Source of the DNA: the human T2T-CHM13v2.0 reference genome, Homo sapiens
Strand: one strand, 5' to 3'
Assembly (NCBI RefSeq): GCF_009914755.1
Contig: NC_060929.1
DNA length: 64,000 bases
Below the pieces are notes generated by a model, which saw only the letters and a list, made by a program, of their open reading frames with translations, did no database searches and had not been told where the DNA came from. The position numbers and the translations under genes were made by a program. This document shows positions 50,133 to 61,267 of this stretch, piece after piece; position 1 is the first letter of the stretch; the number at the start of each line of letters is the position of its first letter.

Positions 50133-51193
50133 TGTTACCGGAAGTGAGATGCATGTTGGCTATTTTCCCTTCTGTCAGATCTTGATGAATAAAGCAATCA
50201 TAATTCATCTCTAGAAAGATTATTTATACCCTGGCATTTGAAATGCTTTTTATTTAGAATAGTAGTAAAAATGGAAAAAGAAAAAGGAAATGATGATGGA
50301 ATACCAGACCAAGGGAATTTCTTGGATTTTTCCGAACACTTTAACCAACTTGAATTTTTGGAAACACATGGACACCTTATTCCTACTGGTGCTCAAAGTC
50401 TTTGGGTAGGCAATTCTGAAGAAGACGAAGAGCAAGATGAAAAAAATGAAGAGTGGTATCAATTGCAAGAAAAAACAATGGAAAAAGACCCAAGCAAATT
50501 GCTTCTTTGGGCTGCTGAAAAAAATCGGCTTACTACAGTACAGAGACTACTTTCTGAAAAGGCTGCTCATGTGAACACTAGGGATGAAGATGAGTATACC
50601 CCTCTTCATCGTGCAGCCTACAGTGGACACGTAGATATTGTCTAGGAGATCATTTCACAGGGGGCAGATGCTCATGCAGTGACTGTGGATGGCTGGACGC
50701 CCCTGCACAGTGCTTGCAAGTAGAATAATATGAGTGGTTTCTTTCTTACTGCAGCATGATGCAGATATCAATGCCCAAACAAAAGGCCTCTTGGCCCCCT
50801 TGCATCTTGCTGCTGGGAACAGAGACAGCAAGGATACCCTAGAACTCCTCCTGGTGAACTGTTACATCAAGCCAGGGCTGAAAAACAACTTGGAAGAAAC
50901 TGCATTTGATATTGCCAGGAGGACAAGTGTCTATCACTACCTCTTTGAAATTGTGGAAGGCTGTGCAAATTCTTCACCTCAGTCTTAACAGTTCTGGAAA
51001 TTTTCTTAAGTTTCTAAGTACCAGTGCCTCCTTTGTGTGAGATGTAAAGTATTCCCATAATCAAAGTTGACATTGAACATCTTACTACAAAAATTCAGTG
51101 GTATTCATTATAATGTTCTTCCAAGTGAATTGACTGACTTTGATGTCAAAATGTATTTGAAAGTTGTTTGCATACATATTTAATGATTAAAAA
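50133..51193 (+). pseudogene. ANKRD49P: Processed pseudogene of ANKRD49 (ankyrin repeat domain 49 / FGIF); P-number not determined
   Basis: CDS homolog 50271-50988 (MEKEKGNDDGIPDQ...TPLHRAAYSGH...EIVEGCANSSPQS), intronless, with 5'UTR, 3'UTR and a short A-tail. Disabled by TAG at 50643-50645, TAG (W to stop) at 50721-50723 and a 2-bp deletion at ~50733. Its 718-nt length equals a 720-nt CDS (239 aa plus stop) minus 2. Confidence 0.95.
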
Positions 51194-52864
51194 AAGAAGG
51201 GAGTATCTACATGATTTACTTGGAATTCTTTTGAAAGGGTCATTTGTTTCTTCTCCATCATTTATTTAGTCATTTTCAGTATAGACTTACAGATATTTAT
51301 GTTACACTTTGGGTTATAATCCAATACTGCTATATTTTGTTGTTCAAATTGTTCCAGCTTTGTCCATTGGAAATTCTTTCAGTTGGGCTCTGTGTCCCTC
51401 TGTTCCTCTGACATAATCCCATCATTGTAAGTTTCTTTTAATTTTTAAGCACTTCCTTACTTTCTGATATTACAAGATGCTTGAGGCTTGTCTTGTTTGT
51501 TTCCTGCCCCAAAACTATAATCAGCCATTTCTCCAAGGAATCCTGGTTCTTTGTAATGGTTCCTATACTTGTATTATAGACCAAGATCTGGATTCTAGGT
51601 GTGTTCATTGCTGCTGGGGTGCTGTTCTTTCTAGCCCCCCTCAGCTAACAGAACGAGGAAATACGTATGTATATACTAAATTATGAATATACATTTATCC
51701 ATAAGTATTTCTGTATCTGTATTAAACTAAATATAAATTCACACTGATGTCTCCAACTGTAATGAATTACTACATGGACCATTCCATGCTTATCTATAGC
51801 TCCTTGCTTATCTGTAACCTCCCACTTTAATAGTGAGGAAACTGGCTCCCACACTTCTACTGCACATTTACTTAATTGTTCAGTTGCAGCATACATGTGT
51901 AGCAGTATCTGGATTATTAATCTGTTCCCCATAAGAAACAACTTTATCAAATAGCGTACAGTGCTTATTTGAGTCTCTTTTGACTTTAGTCTTATAGACT
52001 TTACTTCTAGACTAAAGTTACATAGGTCAGCACCTATCCTACCCCCTTCAGTGGTGTAGTTTTGTATATTTGCAATATAATCAGAATCTCTTATCACAGT
52101 CTGAATTCCTTCCTGGGATTCTTGGAGCTCCTAATTTTTTGTTTGTTTGTTTGTCTACATTAAGGTTCTCTCTTTGTGCTATAAAATTCTATAAACTTTG
52201 AAAATAATGTCATGTATCTAACATTATAGTATCGTGAAGAATAGTTGTATTATCCTAAAGATCGATTGTGCTTCACCTGTTTAACCCTCTACGCCTCCCC
52301 CAAGCCACGAATCTGTTTACTACCTTTACAGTTTGTCTTTTCAGAATGTCATATAATTTGAATCATATGGTATGTGGTCTTTTCAGACTGAATTCTTTCA
52401 CTTAGCAATATGCATTTAAAGTCTATCGGTAGCCTTTTGTGGCTTGATAGCTCATCTCTTTTTAATCAGTGAATAAATATCTATTCACCTGTTGAATGAC
52501 CTCTTTGTGGCTTCCAGTTTTTGTCAATTATGAATAAAGCTGCAGTAAACACTTGCTTGCAAGATTTTCTGTGGAAATAAGTCTTTAAATAGGAAGATGA
52601 TGGCTGAATTATATGGTAAGACTATATTTAGCTTTGTAAAACATTGACAAACTGTTTTCCAAGATGACATTTTTTATCCCCATCAGCAATGAATGAGAAC
52701 TCTCCCTGCTTTCCCAGGATTTCTTTTTGGGTTTGTTTGTTTGTTTGCCATTTAAGTAGGTATGTGTTAGTATCTCATTGGTTTAACATAAAGTTCCTTG
52801 ATGACAAATAATTTTGAAATTTTTTTCGCATGGTTATTTTTTATCTGAATATCTTCTTTGATGA

Positions 52865-53340
<476 letters not shown>

Positions 53341-54150
53341 TTCAGTCTTTTAATAGTGTGTTTCACAGAGTAAAAGATTTTAACTTTAATGAAGTACAAC
53401 TTATCACATTTTTTTCTTTCATGGGTCATGCTTTTTTATTACCTCTAATCACCAAACCCAAGGTCACCTAGATTTTCTTCTGTATTTTCCTCTAGAAGCT
53501 GTATAATTTTGCAATTTATATTTAGGTCTACAGTTCATTTATTTAAGTGGTCATTTCTAGATATTTTTTTGAATTTTGACATTCAATTGTTCCAGTACCA
53601 TTTGTTGAAACGGCTATTTTTTCTCCATTGAATTTCTGCATTTTATATTTGCATATTCCTTCTTGTACAATGAGAATGAATAGTCTATAAATAGGCATAA
53701 TGAGAACTGTGGTTCTCAGTATCAATGTAGTTACTCATTGCTCAAATCTACAATACAATGATTAGTGGTTTCAAAGTTACTACACCAATACCACTACCAA
53801 AACAAATCTCCTAAATAGAGTTCAAGGTTTCTTTGTTGTTCCTTTTGGTCTTTAAAATAAATCTCAACAATTGTATCTAGTGATATATTCAAAAGTTACT
53901 TGAACAAATCCTGGTTTTCTTTTGTATGATTTTGATAGCTATTTGATATTAACATAGGATCAATAGTCTGTGTTTAAATTTCATTTTAGCTTTCCTCCAT
54001 CTTTATTAATTTATTTTGATTATTTAGCATATGTAAAACATTAATATGGAATCAAAGGAAAACTATAAAAAGATATACTCAGAAAGACTCCAATTTCTTC
54101 CATCACTCCTATACTGTATTCCTACCCATTCTTGTACATTACTAATTACT

Positions 54151-54581
54151 TGTTATAGTAAGGTTTATTTGACCCCTCCAAATCTCATGTTGAAATTTGA
54201 TTCTCAATGTTGGTGGTGGGCTTAATGGGAAGTGTTTGGGTCATGGGAATAGATCGCTCATGAATAGATTAATGCCCTCCCTGGGTGGTGGGAGTGAGGG
54301 AGTTCTCACCCTATTAGTTTCCTCAAGAGCTGATTGTTGAAAAGAGACTGGTATCTTTCCCTGCTCTTTCTTGCTTCCTCTTTCACCATGTGATCCCTAC
54401 ACGTTCTGGCTCCCATTCACCTTCCACCATGGGTAGAGGGAGTCTGAGGACCTCAACAGAAGCAGATGCTGGCACCATGCTTCTTATATAGCCTGGAGAA
54501 CCATGAGCCAAACAAATGTCTTTTCTTTATAAATTTCCCAGCCTAGGTATTCCTTCACAGCAGCACAAATGGACTAAGACA
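54151..54581 (+). mobile_element. MST (MSTB-like) MaLR solo LTR
   Basis: TG...CA ends; 'ccaaatctcatgttgaaatttgattc', 'gaagcagatgctggcaccatgcttct', 'aatggactaagaca'. Confidence 0.85.
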
Positions 54582-54641
54582 TTAAGTAACTAATTTTATT
54601 GGTTTCTGGTTTATTCTTCCTATGTTTCTTTTTGCAAAATA

Positions 54642-54680
54642 ACACACACACACACACACACATGTGTGCGCGCACACACA
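54642..54680. repeat. (CA)n/(TG)n/(CG)n alternating purine-pyrimidine microsatellite
   Basis: acacacacacacacacacacatgtgtgcgcgcacacaca. Confidence 0.9.
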
Positions 54681-54704
54681 TTATTTTTTTAAATTCTCTG
54701 TTTG

Positions 54705-55395
54705 GATTATTTAAAAGTCTTTAATTGTTTAGAGCAGTTTTGGGTTCACAGCAAAATTGAGGGAATGATACAATGATACAGAGATTTCCCACATATCCAC
54801 TGCCCCTACACATGCAGCATCCCTCAGTATCAACATCCTCATCAGAGTGGTTTATTTCTTAAAATTGGTGAACACATTATAATCACTCAAGGTCTATAGT
54901 TTGCATTAGGGTCTGCTCTTGGTGTTTTACTTTCTATGGTTTTGGACAAGTGTATAATATGTACCCACCATTATAGTATCTTATGGAGTATTTTCACTGC
55001 TCTAACACTTTTACATGCTCTGCCTATTCATCCCCTCCACCTCCAACTCCTGGAAAACACTAATCTTTCTACCGTCTTCATAGTTTTGTCTTTTCCAGAA
55101 TACCATGTAGTTGGAATCATAAAATATGTAACCTTTTCAGATTGGTTTCTTTAATTAATATTACACAATTAAGTTTCCTCTGTGTCTTTTCATGGCTTGA
55201 TGCTTGTTTTTTTTTTTTAACACTTAATAATATTCCATTGTCTGAATGTACCATAGTTGACTTACCCATTAGCCAACTGAAGGACATCTAGGTTCTTTCT
55301 AAATTTTGGCAATTATAAATAAACCTGCTTTAAACATCCATTTGCAAGTTCTTGTATGGATGTAAGTTTTCAACTCCTTTGGGCAAACACCAAGG
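54705..55395 (-). mobile_element. L1MC1/2-like 3' fragment
   Basis: 'tagagcagttttgggttcacagcaaaattgag...cattataatcactcaaggtctatagtttgcattaggg'. Confidence 0.75.
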
Positions 55396-56577
55396 AAATT
55401 TATTTTAATATAAACGGTAAAATACTATATATAATTTTGTGCATTGTGCTTCTTTTCACTTAAAGATACATATTCTGGAAACTATGCCAGATCATTTCAC
55501 AAATATCATCCTTATTTATTTCTACAGATGCATACCATTTCACCGTATGAAAATACCACCAGTATTTTATGACTAGACATTTTGTTCATTCTAATATTTT
55601 GCTACAATAAATAACTCTTCAGCGAATAATATTGCTCATCTGAGTGGTTTTGATATTATTGAGAATCAATCTTCAGGGTAAATCCTTACAAGTGAGATTG
55701 CTAAATCAAAGTGTTTCTCAGCCATTTTCCTCCCTTGACTTGAATGCTTAGATTCAATTTTGAAAGCAGGGCTTTTTGTTTGTTTGTTTGTTTTGCTTTG
55801 CCTTTGTATTGTGGAGGGGTGGGGAAGAATATAAGAATATTTTGTCTATGCAAAATTGTCAAGGCTGAAGCAATGGAGAACTAAACTCTTAAGTGTATTA
55901 ACTTATCTCCGTATATAACAGCATCAACAGGCAGGCCCCAAACTGGAAGTAAGAGGAAATTTGACTTATTCTTATTCTGGATCTAAGGAAAAACACAAAC
56001 AAAAACGAAGATATAAATACCAGCAGGGCTGCCACACTGGCAACTCCATAAGGTGCTATTCATATGTTATAAAATGTTAATCGTGTCCCCCAGGAGTTAC
56101 AGAACATGACAGCTCTGGGAACTTGGACTCTAGAAGGGAAAGGCCTGTTCAGACCTTTGATATTTGGGCACTAAAGGGAAGGTGAACCTGCAGATATCAG
56201 GACCATCTGGACAACAACAACAGCAAAAGTTTGTTTGTGAGCAATTGGATGGATTTAACACAATTTAACTTTCATTTGGTGCATACTTTACACAGGGTTT
56301 TTCAGGATACAAGCAAGCACTCAGTACTTGCTACATGCCATAGTCTGTAATGTTAATTACTTCGGCTAGTATTAACAAGTTTGTAAGTTAGGTGATATTC
56401 ATATCCCCATTATCAAGATGGGGAAACTGAGATTCAAGGTGTTTCGTGTATGGCAGAACAACCAAAGTGCAGTTCAGCTACTTCTGCGCTATATAGCCTC
56501 GGGTAATTTAGTTAACCTGAGACTCAGTCTCCTCAGTTGTAATAAAGGAGATTATTAGAACATTAGAACACAGTCTA

Positions 56578-56756
56578 GAGCAGTCTCAAAAAGCAGCATC
56601 AACATCACCTAGGAACTTTTTAGAAATGCATATTCTCAGGCCCAGCTACAGAATCAGAACTGGGCATGGTGGAGGAGGGGGTGGTTAGGACCCAGTAATT
56701 TATGTTTCCATGAGCCTTCCAGGTGGTTCCAAAGCATGCTCAATTTGGAAGACTGG
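56578..56756. mobile_element. MER5A-like MITE amid MIR fragments (~56320-57140)
   Basis: 'gcagcatcaacatcacctaggaactttttagaaatgcatattctcaggccc...ccttccaggtggttcc'; flanking MIR cores such as 'ctcatctataaaatgga' and 'tggcacatagtaagtgctcaacaaatgtta'. Confidence 0.7.
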
Positions 56757-57345
56757 TGGTGTAGAGTAAGGATGTGGATTCTGGAGTCTGAGTCCATGGT
56801 TTTGAACCCCGGCATTGTTTCATTGTTATACTTATTGGTGGTGTTACTTTGCTTACTAAATCTCTAGTTACTTAATCCATCTGAATCCAAATTCACTCAT
56901 CTATAAAATGGAAATAATAGCTATATCTGCTTTGTTGAGATTGTTATACGGATTAAGTTGTGAATGTACATAAAACACGTGTCTGGCACATACTGAGTGT
57001 TGTAGTGAGTACTTTATAGCTGTTTGTTAAACAGAATAAATAAAAATGAGGTTTGTTGGGGGAATTTGGGTAATGTATGTAAATTGTGCTTGGCACATAG
57101 TAAGTGCTCAACAAATGTTAACAATTATTGTCATTAGTAGCCATAATGTTCTAATAACTTGTTCTAAAGTCCCACAGCCTCTAAGGGACAGGAGTGAGCT
57201 TGGTGCGTTTTATACCCTCAACATACATACAGTGTAATCCACATGAACACAGTCTCTGTTTTCAAGGGGAGGTGAAAATAAAAAGTCCAAACTAAGCAGA
57301 TAGGCATCAGAGTAGAACTAAACCCAGGAGCCCTGGGCAGTTGCA

Positions 57346-57443
57346 AATATTGCTGCAAGAAACTCGATGTTGGTCTCAGAGGGATGACATCAGTATGGGG
57401 GAAACAGTGGAGGGAGGAGGCTGATGGCTGCTGGGTCAAAATT
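57346..57443. repeat. 98-bp dispersed direct repeat, copy 1
   Basis: Ungapped 89/98 identity to 59949-60046. Confidence 0.95.
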
Positions 57444-58079
57444 GAAAGGAACACACCATTTCAGCTGGAAACACTCAAAACATCATTATTTCAAAATTGC
57501 GGAGCAAATTTAATGGCTGGTATTGCTGTGCTAATGCGTTAATAATAATTCTGCAGTTAGAGACAAGCCTGGGCTGTTAGCGTTCAAGGCCACTTAAATT
57601 TTAAAGAGTCATTTTATGGAAAGTTTTAATTAGCTCTGGATTGTAACTAACATTCTCTTTAAAACTGTTGTGGGTGTTTGATGAGGTCTGAGTTCCAGTG
57701 GATGGAAATGAGAGCTGGATTTTACTCATTGCTCTCACAGTCTGTCCAAGGCAGTTCATGTTTTCGGGGCCTTGGCATGAGTGCTGTGTAGCCAGGCATT
57801 ACGCCCACCAGAGATTTCAGGCCTGCATGTCCTGTCATTCTCTGCGCAAAAGGAAAAGGGAGCTGGGCCCTTCAAGGGGGAAGGTATTTCTGATCCTAGA
57901 CTGCAACCCCTGCTTCCCTCCTGCTGCAGCTTACATCTCTTCTTCCGAAGCCCAAATGCCCTGCCTATCCCTCAGGACAGTCTCCTGAGCACAGCTACAC
58001 ACTTCAGCTTCATGCTGTCCCCTCCTGTCTCCCTTCTAAACTCCTACCCAGCAGGCCCAGCCGTTCATCTTTCTTCTTT

Positions 58080-58270
58080 GCAGCATAGTGCAGTGGGACT
58101 AACAGCAGGATTCTGGTGGACTTAGGTTTGAAAACTGGCTTTGCCACACATAAGCTATATACCTTAGGCTTATTAATTCTCGGACTCAGTTTTTTCATCT
58201 ATAAAATGGGGAAAAACACCTAACAATGTTACTGTGATGATACTCAGTAGCAAGTATTCAAGGAGAATTT
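58080..58270 (+). mobile_element. MIR SINE
   Basis: 'cagcatagtgcagtgg...ggtttgaaaactggctttgccac...ctcagttttttcatctataaaatgggg'. Confidence 0.75.
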
Positions 58271-59948
58271 TATCATCATCTAATCACTTCCAACCATTCT
58301 AACATTTACTTCGGTTCTGCCTGTGTCCTTCTTAAATTATTCCATCATGTCCTCCCTTTAACCCCTGAGAAGAAGGATCTGGATGACTTCTTTGAATACT
58401 CTCCTACTGCTCCCCCCACCTAGTTCCCTGCACACGAATCCAATTTCCCTGGTGACTGGCAGACATGTGCACAGGACATGAGCACCCTTGCTCATGGTGG
58501 AATTGGAGGATTATAAAATGACTCCAATGGTGTAGCACTTAAGCAGAAAGAGATCTAGAACTCTTTCAAATTTGAGATCTAGAACTTCACGATCCATGCT
58601 GATTCTGGTGATGGAGGAAGCCCAGGTGTGAGAAATGATTTGTGCCACTTCTGCTGCTGTTTATGTTACTTGAGGGTCAGAGAGTCTCACAGGAAGTCAA
58701 GGGATTTGGAGGAAGTAAAATGGATCTCACCCACACCTACGATTGAGCAGGGGGAAGCAGAGAGCCTAATAAAGAAGTGAGTAAATGGAAATCAACCAGT
58801 AGGGAATGTTGTGGCCTCTGACAGCTGTCCTGAATGAGATCCTGAGGCTTTGGCTGGCAGAGCAGAAAGAAGGGAAAACCTGGATGAGGACAGAAAAAGA
58901 CAGGCAGCATTAAAACTCACTCCTGGTTGGTATCTTTGAAGGAACTCGCTGGGCTGTGTGTGTGCAGTGACTATCCTTGAGCTTCTTCCCTGCAGTGGAC
59001 CACCTCCCACCTTGTGACTGGCTGCCCATTTCTGGCCATTTCCTGTTTTAAATGCAGTCTTTTTTCCTACTGGGCTGTGAGTTCCTTGGGACCAAGAGCT
59101 CTGATTTTTTTTAGGTTTTGAATTCTGGGTGTCTACTCTGTGGCTGGGCCATAATGAGGAAACTCTAAATGGAAATATAAAAACAATATTATCTTTGGAA
59201 TTAACCAGACCTCAGTTTCAATTCAGCTCCAGCATCTATCTGCTTGTCTAGTTATATTGGACAAGTCACTTTGCCTCTTTGCTCTTTCTTATCTGTAAAA
59301 TGGCCAAAATGAGGCTTATCTTTCAGCTGTGAGATTTCCCTCTTGAGGCACGTGTAACATATTACCTGCTCATGAATGGCAGTTATTTGGTGCTCAATCA
59401 CATTGGTGGCTCAGGTAAGGTCTTGGCCTAGAACATCCAGTGATTTCAAGGGATGACAACTAAACCCAAATGACAAAAGCTCTTCAATTTGACAGCTAAT
59501 TTAGCCCAACCATATTTAGCTAATTCAATCAGTTCTCATTCACCAATGGATAAATTGTGCTCATCATAGGCTTAACCACACAACTAATATGGTTTTGAGA
59601 TAGATTGATTAACAAAGCCCTAATTGAGGCTAAATAAATGAGATAAATCTGTAAGTCTGTAATATCAACCAGCAATTCAGAAACAACCAGTGGCAATATT
59701 CAGTCACCTGCTTTATTTAGCAATATTTCAACAAATACTTATCGTGTGTCTACTCTGTGCATGCCAGGGATAAGACTATATCCTGTGTCAAAGCTGGATA
59801 TTAAGAGAATATTAACTCAGCTGTGGTCAGTCTGAGTAGAATATAACTAAGAAGGATGATCACTGTGGGATCAGAGTTAGAGCAGAAAGTGTAAGGCCAG
59901 AGACAGAACCAAGCTGAGAGAGGGACCAAAAGCCAAGGCCAAGAAGCC

Positions 59949-60046
59949 AATATTGCTGCAAGAAACTCGATGTTGGTCTCAGAGGGATGATATCAGTATG
60001 TGGGAAGCCATGTGCGGAGGAGGCTGATGGCTGCTGGGTCAGAATT
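59949..60046. repeat. 98-bp dispersed direct repeat, copy 2
   Basis: Ungapped 89/98 identity to 57346-57443. Confidence 0.95.
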
Positions 60047-60706
60047 TTCCCAGACACACTGGGAGTCAAGAGGATCTCAAACAGCTAACAGAAGTGAGGA
60101 TAGAGCAGGAAGGGACAAACAGAGATCTAAGAGTGATCAGTCTGAGACCAGCATCTGTGTGTGGTGGGGAGGAAGGACAGGAATCAGAAGGGGAAGACTG
60201 AACACACAGGCTTCTTTTATAGGCTGGCTGCATTCTTGTATGTCTGAGTGAACTAACATAATTTATGAGGACCAAATAGATGTAGGTTTGTTAGAATCAC
60301 CACAAAATGCTACATTCTTGAGCCAAATATGACCTGTTGACTTTACAGCTCTGAGCCTATCTGTCCTTCCTGCAGAGAGTGGGAAACTGCACAGACAAGC
60401 AAATATGTGCCTATTTTCTTTCATTTTAACTGTGGCCTCAGCACTACGCCCATGTTGTCTAAATTTACTGCACATACTATTTTCTGAGCAGGGCCATCTC
60501 GCATACTTGCTTTGTTCCTCAAATTGGATTTCCTGACATTGGCCCTGTTTCTTTTCCAACTTGCACAAAAATTCAATGTCCACTTTATTGTCCAATTCAA
60601 ATTGGGCTTATCATCTTTTCCCTAATAAAAGTTTTTATCAGTCTTCACCCAAAACATGACACCTCTGTCCCCTCTGGCAACTATGGCTAAAAACAGAGAT
60701 GCGGCA

Positions 60707-61267
60707 TGTGATGGCTAATTTTATGTGTCAACTTGTCTGGGCTAACAGGTGCCCAGATGGCTGGCAAACATTATTTCTGGATATGTCTATGTGGGTGTTT
60801 CCAGAAAAGATGAGTGTTTGAATCAATAGACTGAGTAAAGAAGATCTGCTTTCACTGTGGGTGTGAGCATCATCCAATCCACTGAGGGCCAGCATAGAAC
60901 AAAAAGGCAGAGGACGGGCATATCTGTCTTTCTGCCTGAGCTGAGCCATCCTTCTTCTTCTGCCCTTGGACATTAGCACTCCTCATTCTCAGGCCTCCAG
61001 ACTCAGACCAAGCTTTACATCTTTGGCTCCTGGTTCTCAGGCCTTTGGGTTGGGCTTGGGCTGGAGCTACATCACTGGCTTTTCTGGGTCATCAGCTTGC
61101 AGATAGTAGATCATGAGACTTCTTGGCCTCTTTAATTGCATGAGCCAAAACCTTCATAATAAATCTCTTTGTATTAATATATAAATCATATAACTTTTTA
61201 TTAATATACTTATATTAATATATAAATCTTATTGATTCTGTTTTTCTGGAGAAGCCTGACTAATACA
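60707..61267 (+). mobile_element. MLT2 (MLT2B-like) ERVL solo LTR
   Basis: Starts 'tgtgatggctaattttatgtgtcaacttg' and ends 'attgattctgtttttctggagaagcctgactaataca'; contains AATAAA and an AT-rich tract. Confidence 0.88.

Noticed and set aside
50238-50988. Two ankyrin ORFs as a functional ANKRD49 gene
   Set aside because: Intronless, with two nonsense codons, a frameshift, an A-tail and a TSD: a processed pseudogene.
58550-58586. Short local duplications (GAGATCTAGAACT twice; similar cases at 13141-13171 and ~28024-28048)
   Set aside because: Ordinary 13-14-bp slippage duplications with no sign of function.
57346-60046. CRISPR-like array or C/D snoRNA interpretation of the 98-bp repeat
   Set aside because: Only two copies 2.6 kb apart in mammalian DNA with no cas genes. 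GGGATGA...CTGA is an imperfect C box only ~40 nt from the D box, with no terminal stem.
57218-60069. Paralogous peptides from ORFs 57218-57454 and 59860-60069 as a small gene family
   Set aside because: Similarity is confined to the 98-bp DNA repeat, neither ORF starts at ATG, and no shared splice donor is visible. Kept only as a DNA-level finding.
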